In this document: piece by piece, positions 37,729 through 49,517 of the stretch
Position numbering within the stretch: the first letter of the stretch is position 1
Layout of the letters: every line of letters begins with the position of its first letter
NCBI GenBank assembly: GCA_001179505.1
Contig: CDMY01000224.1
Location: forward strand, 1 to 64,000
Source of the DNA: Vitrella brassicaformis CCMP3155
Lineage: Eukaryota > Protista > Chromerida
Reading direction: 5' to 3'
Length of the DNA stretch: 64,000 bases
Made by a program: the position numbers and the translations under genes
The notes under the pieces: model-generated
The model's database searches: none
What the model saw: only the letters and a program-made list of their open reading frames with translations
What the model was told of the DNA's origin: nothing

Positions 37729-39529
37729 ATGATGCCCAACAGTGCGTGTTCGTCGTCCTTCGACAAGCTGCCGCTGTTCTCTCAGCTCCGAGCACGGCAC
37801 GCTGGCATCTTGTCGGCCCGGCACTTCCACTGCTTCCTCGAGCGCAAGCAAATCGCAGCCTTAGATACGTCAGCCACCCTCACGCTGGACGCAGACCATG
37901 CCGGAGGCGTGTCTGCCTTGGCGGCCTCACCGGATGGGCGATTTCTGCTATCCGGCAGCACCGGATCTTCCATGAAGCTGTTTGATCTCGACAAGCGGGA
38001 GAAGCGGCAGCACACCGACATCGGAGGCCGGCGTATTGTGCGACCTGTCCATCAAGTCGGGAAAAGGGACCCGAGGGCTGGCGGGAGGTTTGATCGGGGT
38101 CATCTGTATGCCATCAGCTCCCTCGCGTGGTACCCCGACGGCTCGTCTGTGTGTCTGTCTGCCGGTCTCGACAAATTTGTCAAGGTGTGGGACACATCGG
38201 GCATGGACGAGGTCATCAGCTTCGACCTGAAGAGCAAGGTGCGCGAGCAGCCACACAGCACAACACCCCACACACCACGACAGCCATGCCATGCTTGAAC
38301 CATTCTGCCTCCTCTGACCTGACATCGATTGTCAGGTATATAGCATCGCGACGGCTGGCGAGCGGACCAGCGGCAGCCCGACCTTTGCTGCAGCGCTCGA
38401 AGAGGGCCACACGCGGCTGTGCGACCTCCGGTCGGGCAACTTCACACACATCCTGCGCGGCCACCGAGCGGCGGTCTTCTCAGTCGCCTTCCACCCCCGT
38501 AATGGCTTCCATCTGGTCACCGGCAGCGCCGACCGGACCGTCAGGCTGTGGGATATCCGCAGGGGCGTGCAGTGCATCTACGCCCTCGACAAACACAAGG
38601 CCGACGACCGCTTTCTGCGGGCTCTCGGGCAGGGGCCGATCGGCAGCGCCGACACGCTGCCCCCGCAGAGGCGGCCGGCAGTGCCGAAGACTCAGGCACC
38701 GCCACCTGTAGCGGCGAAACAAGGGCCTCAGCTTGCTGGCTTTGCCGATGAGAGCGACGTGTGGGCCTACATGTCAAGGGTGACTAACAAGCGAAAGAGG
38801 AAGGACAAATCGGCAGAGAGGGAGGAGAGCAACGACAGCCAGGCGAGCAGCAGCAATGACCCCTTGTCAAGACAGCGCATCAACTACCGCCTTAACCCCC
38901 ACCTGTTGAAGCCCCAGCCGCCCAAATCATCTCAGTCAAGGAGAGCCGCCAAGACACCTTCGAGTGCACCATCTGCCCCCACACCCACCCCCGCCCCTCC
39001 CCGCAAGCCCCCGCCGCCAAAGCACACCGGCATCGCTCATGACGGCCGCGTGACGTCGGTGCGCTTCACCACGGACGGGCAGTACGTCCTAAGCTCAGGC
39101 ACCGACGGCCATGTGCGGCTGTGGGACGCCCTGACGGGCGGCAACTGCTTCGTCCACTTCGGGCAGACCAAGAACAAGCAGTCGCTGGGCACCACCTTCG
39201 CCGTGGACACCTTCGACGACCACGTCTTTCACGGCGTGGGCGAGCTCGTGTGCATGTTCCAGCTCAAGACGGGCCGGGTGGTGAGGCAGTGGCGGGGGCA
39301 CCTGGATACGGTGGTGGCGGTGGAGTGGAATGGGAGGCGGAAGCAGGTGTGCAGCGGGGCCAAGGACGGCCTCATACAAGTGTTCGAGCCGTCACCGGGG
39401 TTCTTGCGGGGCAAGGGGGCGGACAGTGGGGTGGCGAGAGCTGCTCCCTCTGTCGGTGCTGCTGCAGTAGCTACGTCGTCTGCAAGGGCTGATGATGAGA
39501 TGAGCGAGTGGAGTGACGAGATCTGGTAG
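37729..39529 (+). CDS. ERCC8: WD40 DCAF, Cockayne syndrome A protein-like
   Basis: GHLYAISSLAWYPD...SAGLDKFVKVWDT, RLCDLRSGNFTHILRGH, VTGSADRTVRLWDIRR (WDxR DDB1-binding box), AHDGRVTSVRFTTDGQYVLSSGTDGHVRLWD; acidic C-terminus ending in W. One intron. Confidence 0.85.
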
Positions 39530-41750
39530 TCTGGCTAGCTAGAATGGGATATTTGCAGATTTCTGTGCAGCCGGGGCGGCAGTGTGTGCAGATGACTTGA
39601 GATGACTGTGACCGACCAGCTTTGGATGTTATGTGATGTTATGTGAGATGAGGTGAAGGTGTTGTTATGCTACCACTGTCATGAGCGTCAAGTCAGATCA
39701 TGGTGCATGCGGATGGCCCCCCCGCCCACGCCATAATGAAAATGCCACCCAGCCAGCCGTCCGTCCGTCCTCGGTTGAGGAGATGCGATGGCAGCCACAC
39801 GCAGCCACAGCAACACAAGCAAGCAAAGGCACACACATCACATCACATCACACACATCCACACACACACAGCTCACATCACTCACTCACATACGTGTCTG
39901 TCTAGTCCAAGCGTATAAGTGTAGTGTACTGTCTCGTCTGTCTCCACCCATCCATCACATCTATCTGTGAGGAAAAACGCACACAAAACCCACCGAACGT
40001 AGCCAGCCAGCCTTAGAAGATTTCCGTACTTGATCAGCGCTCGGGCTCAGGCAGGGAGGGAGGTGCAATTATATCTGTCTGTCTGCCACTCCATCCAATT
40101 AGGTAGACACCCCCCACCCCAACCTGCCGAGCACACCCCATTTGTTTGTGTCGCCAGCCACCCATCTGATCTGCCCTCCTGCCCTGTTCTGGCCTGCCCT
40201 GCCCTGCCTGTCTCTCTGCCTGTCCGTCCGTCCGTCGCTCCAAAATAGACCATGGTGTGGGGTGTGTGTGGTATGGGGTGTGTGTGTGCCGCCCTCCACC
40301 TCCGCGTTACTCCACTGTAAAGTGACTAACTCCCCGGACAAAAACACTGTAAACCGCCGTAGACACACACTCACACCCCACCAGGTAGGTAGATCTATAG
40401 CATCTCTGTGCTGTGTGCTCTCGTCCACACACAGAGGCTGTAAACGTCTGTTTGTATGTGTGTGCTGTTATGTCAGTCAGCACACGGCTAGGCTACCGAA
40501 TGAACACGACACACACACACACTCCGGCAGAAAAGGGGCCGGTCAAGCGTCAAGCGTCAATCGTCATTGTAGCGTGCAGCTACAGACATAACGTACATCA
40601 CACATAAGCAGGGCAGGAAGGGCAAAAAAGAGCAAGGGAGGAAAGGTACACACCCCAAGAGGGAGGGAGGGAGGAAGGGAGAGAGAGAGCGTTAGACAGA
40701 CGGACAGACAGACAGACAGGAGAGGTCGGTTGTCATCGCATCACCTCACGACATCCATCCATCCACACATAAGCACCCACACATCCACACAGCCGGTCCG
40801 GTCAGCCCCTCCTAAATAGGCGCAAAGGAAGCAACATCACGCACGGCACGCAGTGATGCACAATGTCTGCGCATTGCTGAAAAAGAACACACACAGCACA
40901 CCATAACAGCGACACGAAGAGAGACCAACATGAGCGCAAGGTAAGGACAACATCCCAAAACGAATATGTACTGCTCTGCTCTGCTCGCATCCCCCTCGCC
41001 TGCCCGCCCGCCCGCCCGCCCGCTTAACTAAATGCCAGTCTACAAAAGGCCATTAGACAGACAGGCGGAGAAACAGACAGACAGACAGACAGATGAACCA
41101 ATCAATCAACCAATCCATCCATCCATCCAGCCACACTCACACCACACCCACCCGCCCCAATACCGAATAAACACCAACCACTCTTCCGTCCATCCATCCA
41201 TCCAGTCCCCGCACCACAGGCAACCACAGAATCGAGAAGACAGGCAGGCAGGCAGGGAGGGAGGGCCGCTCAAAACGCATGCATCACTTAGTCACTCACC
41301 CGGTTTGCACCACACACATCACATCACATCACTCCACACACACGAATGCGTCACACCACATTCACTCGCCATATGCCGGCTATCACCTCACCTCACAGCA
41401 TGAATCAATGAATGAATCACACGTACCGACCGTACCTACACTGGAAGAGGGAGGGAGGGAGATAAACGTGACGACTAAAACTGCTTCCCAGCCCCGCCCC
41501 CCCCCTCCGCCCCGCCCCCTCGCACGGCTCGCTATCCTATCCCTGTGACATATATATGTTGTGTATATGTTGTGAATAGGTTACACAAGAAACTGTACGT
41601 AGAAAAGCATCATGTCATGCAGGCACCGATCATATCATGACTCGCTCTTGTGGGTCGGCATGCCCCGCACATTGACGGGGGGTGGGGGGGAGGGGGTGGG
41701 GGGTGCTTGACCAAACAAGAGGTATCGGCGCGTGTCTGGATCTCATCTCA
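39530..41750. repeat. Non-coding stretch rich in microsatellites ((CACAT)n, (GACA)n, (TCCA)n, (GCCC)n, (GGGA)n)
   Basis: No coding-biased ORF; repeats are directly visible between convergent genes. Confidence 0.75.
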
Positions 41751-41752
41751 TC

Positions 41753-44700
41753 TCATCGCCAGCCGGTGATGACGATCGAAGCGAGACTCACCAAACCTGA
41801 TCGGTGGACGGATCAACATCGATGCATTCTTTCATATGTGTGTGTGTGTGTGTGTGTTGTGGAGAATGAGTCTGTGCGTACGGTACCTACCGAGGAAGCC
41901 CAGCATGATGACCTCAGACATCTCCTTCACTCTTGCACGATCGATCACACCGCCCATACGAGCCTGCCACACGCACAGAGAGGGAGATGAACCCGAGTCG
42001 AGTTAAGGTGTGTCACTTGGTCCACTGGCTGGCTGACCTCCTTGGCCTTTTTCCTCCGTCTGGCCTCCCGCTCCTTGCGTTTCCTTTCGGCCTCTTCCTC
42101 CTTGCGCCGCTCCTCCGCCTCCTTGCGGCGCTTCTCAGCCGCCTCCTGCTCCTCCTCCTCCTTTTTCTTCCTCGCCGCCTCCTCTTCTTCCTTCTTCCTG
42201 CGGGCCGCCTCGGCTTCTCGCTCTTGCTGGGCCTGCTCCTCCTGCTGCTGACGCTGGCGCTCCTGCTCGGCAGTGGCCTCCGGGGTGGCCTGCTCGACCA
42301 CGTCGCTCGCCACGTCCCCCGCCACGTCAGAGGCCACCTGGGAGGCCACCTCGGACACCTGCTCGCTGCCCGTGATGTCCTGGGCTACCTGTCCCGCCAC
42401 ACCGCCGGCGACGTCGCCCGCGACGCCCGACACGGCCGAGGAGACGGGGTTGCCTGCTTGTGGCTGCTGCTGTTGTGGTTGCTGCTGCTGTGGTTGTGCA
42501 GTCTGCGAGACAACACCAGACGATGCAGCCCCGTTAGCGCCCCTCCGCCTTTCTGGCCTGCGTTGCCTGTACGTCCCCGTGTAAGACCCGACTGCCTGTC
42601 CGATGGATGCCAGACCCCCGCCTACTGAGGGCACCTGGCCGCCGGTGAGCCCGCTCAGAAAACCAAACTGCAGACGACGACGATCGCCAGACGATGAAGG
42701 GCCGGGCAGACCGGTGCCCAGCTTCGGCAGAGGGGGGTCGCCGCGGTACCACGACAGTAGGAGGAAGCCGGAGGCAGCGGAGAAGGCGCAGAGGATGACC
42801 AGCATGCTGACCACGCGGGCGCCGGGGGGGCCCTTCTTGAGAACTCTGAATGAGACCTTAATTGCGGTGTGTGCGAGGAATGCGAAGATGATGGATGTGC
42901 CGAGAGGGAGGTAGAGCGCGGGGGTGTCCCAGGGGAGGTGGTCGACCGTCTCGCTGCTCCAGGAGCTCTCGACCGCTGTGATATTGGGACGCCGCTGAAA
43001 TGATACACACACACACAGAGGGAGAGCCATGGAACCGTGCGATTGCGGTCGACCCATCGACCCATCCAGCCTTTCTCCATCCATCCTCCCTCCCTCCCTC
43101 CCTCCCCATGAGCTTACTGGGCCGTCCTCCAGCTGCTGCCTGTTGCTGACGGTGGTGGTTCGGCTGGCGGCTGGCGTTCGATCTGTCTTGAGCGCGTCAA
43201 TCAGCTGCAGCAGCGCCTCATCGGAGTCCACCTGCTCGCCGTCCGAGTCCACCACACCGTCGCTCCCGACGGAGAAGCTCTCGTGACTCTCGTAGTCGTA
43301 GTACGAGTTGGACCCGCCAGACGACCCCCAAGAGCTGGGAATCACCCCTTCGGTCGACGCACGGTCGCGGACGTTATTGACGATGCCGTCGATGATGCTG
43401 CCGCCTCTGCCTGGAGACGCCCCTCCTCCCCCGCCGCCCCCACCGGGGGAAGACCACTCACTCCACTCGGCCTGCTGTTGAGAGGGGGCGGCGCCCGACT
43501 GCCCCCCACCGCCCTGGGAAGAGCTCGACTGGCCGCCTTGCCCCAACACGCCTGAGGAGCTCCAGCCACCGGTTGATTGCCATTCACTCCACCCTCCTAC
43601 GCAGACACCGACCCGACCGACAGAGAGACACACATGAGTGGGTGTCGTGACGTCTGTGGGTCGATGGATGCGATGCATCCACGTGTGTTGTCTGGTCTGT
43701 CGATTCGATGGGCTGCCTGCCTCTGTCTGTCCTACCTCCTTCCCAGTCGCTCCATTCGCCCCATTGCAGGCCTCCGCCGCTCTGGCCGCCGCTCTCACGC
43801 GGCTGGCGTGTGCGGCCCGTCTGTGGACGGGGAGAAGGAGAAGGCGATGGGGCCGCCGTTGTGTTCGTCTGCTGCTGCTGCTGCTGCTGTTTCGGAGCCT
43901 CCTGGGGCTGGGGAGAGGGCTTTGGCGTGGTTGTGGTTGGCTTCTCAGTTGGCTTCTCGGTCAGCTTCTCTGTAGGCTTCTCTGTGGGCTTCTCAGACGG
44001 CTTCTCGGACGGCTTTTCTTCCTCCTTGTTCTGGGGCTTTTCCTGTCCGGTGTCCTTGACGTCCTTTGGGGTCGGAGGCTGCATGTCGGCGAGGCGGTCG
44101 ATTTCGTTCAGCAAGTCTAGCTTGAACGTCAACACAGACTTCTGGGCAGAACCTACAAACACACAAACACACACAGCGTAGAAAGAAGCACACAGGGAGA
44201 GAGAGATGCAATTCGATGGAGCCAAGCCACCATCCATCCCATCTGTCTGTCCCTCTTTCTGCAGCTAGCTTACTGAGGATGTACATGGACCCCCAGACGA
44301 CACACGCGATGCACGCCAGGAAGACCAGCCAGTTGGACCGCTTCCCGCACCCCACAAAGCACTGCCTTGCCGTCCGGTCGCACCAGCTGTCCTCGGGCAG
44401 CTCGTCAGGGTCCGCCTCGCCCACGTCCTTGCCCTTGCCCGTGTCGGCCGCACCACCGTCATCCTCAGCAATGAGGTCCAGGAGAGCAGGGTCGCCCACC
44501 TTGAGGCTCACCGACCTCTCAAGCGCCGCCCTGCCCGCCTCATCATTGGACTGGCAGGTGTCTGTGCGGATGAGTTGCGTGAGGGAGTTGGCCTGGAATG
44601 AGGACTCGTTGGTGTTGCTGGTGTGCTGCTGGTCGGTGGAGGTGATGGTGGAGGAGCCGTCGGTGTCGTGATGGTGGTGATGGTGCTGGTGCTGATGTTG

Positions 44701-47700
44701 TTGTCGCTTGGTGGGAGCGACGGATGCCGAGAAGTGGAATGAGTCGAGAGCGATGCCCCAGCAGGCGGCAGCTAGGAGGGGGAAGACGATGCACAGGCCC
44801 GTCTGGAAGAACAGCGGCTGTGGCCACCAGATGCCCTTTATCGACGGGACACCCAAACCTTGCGTGAAACACTGAATGAACACAACACAACACAACACAA
44901 CACAAAACGAATGGACAGACAGGTGAAGCGACGACGACTGGTCGTCCGTCCAGGGTCGTCAGGTAAGGTACATACCATGAGCATGAGGAACATGGCGAGT
45001 GGCACCTGCGTGTCGACCATCATGCTCGCCACCAGCCGATACACACCTTTCCGGTACATGGCCGTCTGCTCCACAGCCCACTCACTGGCCGTCACGGGAA
45101 GCCGCACACCGCTGTGCTGACCACGGCTGCTCTCAGCATACTGGCTGCGGCGATCGCTCGAACCAGTGTGGGCGCGCCGCAGCGGATTCCACGACCCAAT
45201 GGCGATCGACGTGAGGCGGCCCGACATCCAGTGGGACGGCGAGGACCGCCCCGATGGGTGGCGCGACGGGCGCGACGAGCGAGCGCTCATCTCGCGGTCG
45301 GCCGATGACGAACGGGTGAACTCAGCAGCCGATGCATCCTGCTCCTGCTCCTGTGAGGTGGCCTGCTGGCCGGCCGGGGCGGAGACATTCGATGCAGCAT
45401 TGGAGGGCGCGGCTGAGAGGTTGGACCTGGACCGGTCACTCGACTCGAGGATGCGCGGCATCTGGGGCGGAGTTGATGGGGATTGGCGCCCCGCTGCTGC
45501 CGCTGCTGCTGCTGCTGCTGCTGGGACAATGGCGTTGTCGTCGTCGTGATGGCTGTCCTTCTTGACCTCCCTCCTGTCGCTCTCGGTCTGCTCGGTCTCC
45601 TGTGACCCGCTGCTGAGCTGCTGCTGGGGTGGGTGCTGCTGCTGGGGTGTGTGTTGCTGCTGCTGGTGTTTGGACCCACCCGCTGTGGATTGCTTTGCTT
45701 TCTTGTTGTCCTCTGGCTCGCAGCTGATGCCGGTGTAGAGGGCGACGGTGTTGACGGCGCAGAGGCCCCATAGGCGGTGGCACCTCCTGAATGTGCGCCA
45801 GGTGGGCCCCTCCCACTGCCGGTTGCGCAGACCACCGCCGCAACAACACCCCTCGTAGCACAGGTAAGTGATGCAGAACAACAACTGCACACACACAGAC
45901 AGGGAGGGAGGGAGAGGGGAGACTCACGTGTGGCTGTCATCTCTGGTTCCCACCGAGCTCCCCAGCTACCTGGAGGAGGAAGAGTGCCGGAGGTATGATG
46001 GTCCAGAGGCCCACTTCCAGGCTGATGTGCGGCTTGCCCTGCTTGTCGTCCCACCATCCTTCCTCCCCCTCCTGCAGCAGCCTCAGTGAGGTGCCGTTGC
46101 TGCTGGTGGCCCCGCCGTCACTGGGTTTGTTGGCTGCGGCCGCTGTTTCGTTGGCGCTGTTGGCCGACACGCCCGTCTCGGTGCTGTTGACCTGCGTCGT
46201 GTTCACAAAGGCGTTGGTCAGGTTCGTCCTGATACATCCACCACACAGAGAGAGAGACCAGCAGGCATAGGCATAGGCATGTGTGTGAGTCTGTGAGTGT
46301 GTGTGTCGGATTGTTGTGGGGGTGTTGACGCAGCGTAGCGTACCCTTCGGGCAGCACCGGCTCGAGTATGTTGATAGAGCTGAGGCAGAAGTCCTCGGCC
46401 AGCAGCTGCCGCACCCCCACGATGTAGGCGAACATGCAGATGAGGGAGGCCTTGGTCAGCAGGATTGAGAACTGCGGCCAGTGCCACCGCCGCCCACGCT
46501 TCTTCTGCCCCTCGATCCTGCCGTTGGTGTTGCCCTCCTCGTCCTCATCATCGCCACCGCCGAAACACGCACGCAGGAGTGAGGTGAGGCACCAGCACGG
46601 AGGCAGGTCGTTGCTGGCGTGCACGTCGGCTTGCCGGAACACTCTCACGGACCGTAGCGCCAGCAGACGGAGGGCCAACGCGTAGATGAAGAACTGACAC
46701 AAGCGAAATCAGAGACAGAAGGAGGGAGGGGAATGTGAAATAAAACAAATGAGGCTGTCATGACGGCGTGGGCGCATTACTCGTGTGGTCTCTCTCAGCT
46801 CACCGTGAGAAGCGATATGAGTGGCAGGGCCAGGGCGGACCACGTGACGGCTTTTCCGGGCAGCAGTGGGTTCCAGAAGTCGCGAACCACATGGGTGGAC
46901 AGCACCAGCAGTCCACAGAACGTCAGCCAGATCCACACCAGCCGCGGCACAAAGTCCAGAGCGCTGCAAACGAACGCCAGCACGGGTCTGCGCTGCAGCG
47001 CCGCCTCGCCTGTCTTGGGCGACTGCCTGTTCCACGTGAAGACCATCACCAGAGACAGCACCGACAGCAAAATGGACACCGGCAGCAGCCAGTCGGCCTC
47101 ACAGGCCGCGTAGCCGATGGACGAGATGCCGAATGGTGCGGGCCAGTCGCCTCCGGCCTGTGCTGCGTCAGCGGCCTGTGAGGCCTTCATGAGGTCGGTG
47201 AAGTAGCAGCACATGGGGCCGTCGTCCACCTTTGGCGGCTGGTCGGGCTGCCCGTAGATGCTGCGACACTTGACGCGCGGGAGCTGGATGTAGTCGGCTG
47301 CAGCGAGGGAGACCTCGCGGCACTCCAGACTAGTGATGGACTGCACGGTGCGACGGGGGACCGCCAGCTGATGGAATGGCCAAAAAGAATGGATGGAGGG
47401 ATGGAGGGATGCATGCATGGGTGTAAGGGTCAGTCGATAGGGATGGGGAGTGCTGTGTCGTACCTGGTTGGAAGTGCACAGGTTGTCGAACATCATGGCG
47501 TCGCATTCGCTGTGCCGGTGGTTCCAACCCTGACGCGCACAGTGGTCTACCAGCTTCTGCAGACAGACAGACACACACACATGGATGGATGGACGGATGA
47601 GCCAACCCGACACACCACACCGAGCGAGGGTGGATGTCTGTCTGTCAAACTGACCTCGTGGTCGTTCTCCTCGATGAGCAGTATGAGTTCGCTGCTGGAC

Positions 47701-49231
47701 AGGTAGGTGGCCGCCTCGCGGGCAAACACGTAGGCCTGCAGCAGCAGCTGGGGAATGTTCTCCAGCAGCAACGCCTCGCGACGAATCTGACGTACACGCA
47801 CACGCAGTGGGGGATGGGATGGGATGCATCTGCCTAGCACGTGTGGTGAGCTGGAGCTGTGGCCGTCCGTACCTGGAATAGTCTGGCGTCTTCGTTCATG
47901 CCTTTGGGGTTGAACCAGTACGCTTTGAAGCGGAAGAGGAACTCGACTTGAAAGACAGCCTGCAGACCCTGAGACAAACTCCTGCACCGTCCGTCCAACA
48001 CGGAGGGCAACACACACACAGAGCCGACAGCAAATGACACACATGCAGTTGTTGGTGCGAGGGAGTTTCCGACCGTGTGTAGAGGCCGACTCTCAGGCCG
48101 TAGTAGAGAGCAGGAACCCTGTCAGGACATGAACCAACAGACAGACCGACGAGTGTGACGTGTCTGTCCTCCACGTGTTGGCCGATGTGGTGTGGTGTAG
48201 GGGAGGGAGGGAGGTGCTTACAGGATGCAGACAACCATGAGTGACGCCCAGCCAGAGTGACCCAGCGATGCAAAATGACCCACAACCACCTGACAGCCAC
48301 ACAGACACAGACACAGACATCAACCAGTGAGTGCACGACACAACAGACACGTCGGCCGCTCTCTCTCCCTCAGGATCTTACGAAGTCTTTGATCATGTCC
48401 GTCCACGGGATCACCAGATAGGCTGCAAACACGCACACACACACACGCGCGCGTGACATTCCCAGGCGTCCGTCCGTTCGCGTGAGTGTCTCGTGGCCTG
48501 GCTGACTCGCTCGCTGACTCACCGAAGACGACCATCCTTGAGAACCAGAGTGTGACTTTGTGTCGTGGCGGCAGTCGAGACCTGAAGCTGTCGCTGGCCT
48601 GCTTGAACTTCTCGCTCGTCTTGACCCACTGCTCGCTCTGCTTGACGCGATCGATCCGCTCCGTCACACGCAGACCCATGCGATCACCCGCCGCACACGC
48701 CTTCCGCCCCACCCGACGCAGAACTGACTCCTTCCTCCTCCCCTCACCATTACCATGACCATCACCATCGCCGTCTTCGCCCCCGATGTGCCAGGCAGTG
48801 GACGACTCGGTGAGGTCGTTGCCGCTGTCACTGATGCCATCCTGAGACGGCCGCCGGAGTCCCTCCTCCATCTCCTTCTGTTCCACCTCAGTCACGGACG
48901 CGTCGCACGTCCCGTTGGCACCGCCTGTGAAGCTGCCCGACTCGGTGACGGATTCGCCTGTGATGGATGTCTCGGCTGCCGCAGGGCCGTCACCTGCTGA
49001 TCCAGCCGATGAAGACGACAGCTCTGTGGAGAGGAGGCCCGGACTCCTGTCTCGACACAAGGGGTGCGGCGCGGCGGGCAGCGGCCGGCGGGTCGTGTGA
49101 GCGAAGTGCGCGTCCAGTGGGGCTGACGAGAAGAGCCGTGGCTGGTGCACCACTGTGTCCCCCTCGTCAGGCGATAGGTCCCTCCGAGGGTTGGAGGCAT
49201 CCTCCGGCACGCCTTCAGAGGGGTGGCTCAT
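41753..49231 (-). CDS. Giant XK-related polytopic membrane protein (about 13-14 predicted TMs) with mucin-like, WxxW and charged-helix inserts
   Basis: XK-type motifs PWTDMIKDF...GHSGWASLMVVCIL, EALLLENIPQLLLQAY and LDFVPRL. Introns join all exons in frame through to the final TM IMLGFLGLVSLASIVITGWR*. Confidence 0.72.
43925..44045 (-). repeat. Coding 12-bp tandem repeat (EKPS/EKPT)n within the XK-like gene
   Basis: Translates as EKPSEKPSEKPTEKPTEKLTEKPTEKPTTTTPKP. Confidence 0.85.
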
Positions 49232-49517
49232 TGCGATGTCTGCCTGGCAGATGCGATAGCTGGCTGCGGGGCTCAGGTAGGACTGCTGCAGCCGAGCCGC
49301 GATGTGTCGTGAGTGGTGCAAGATCTCGGGGGAGATCTATGCCAGTCGTTGCACATCAGATACGCCCCGTGGGTATGCAGCACAGAAGAGATGCAGCCCT
49401 CGCGCTGCTGTGCTCCTTAAGTGACGATCCGTTATGCTGAGCTCGCACTTTGATTCTCAGCTCGCATCTTCCCGTGGATTTGCGAACATTCATTGGGCGT
49501 AGGAGGCCACGCCGTTG

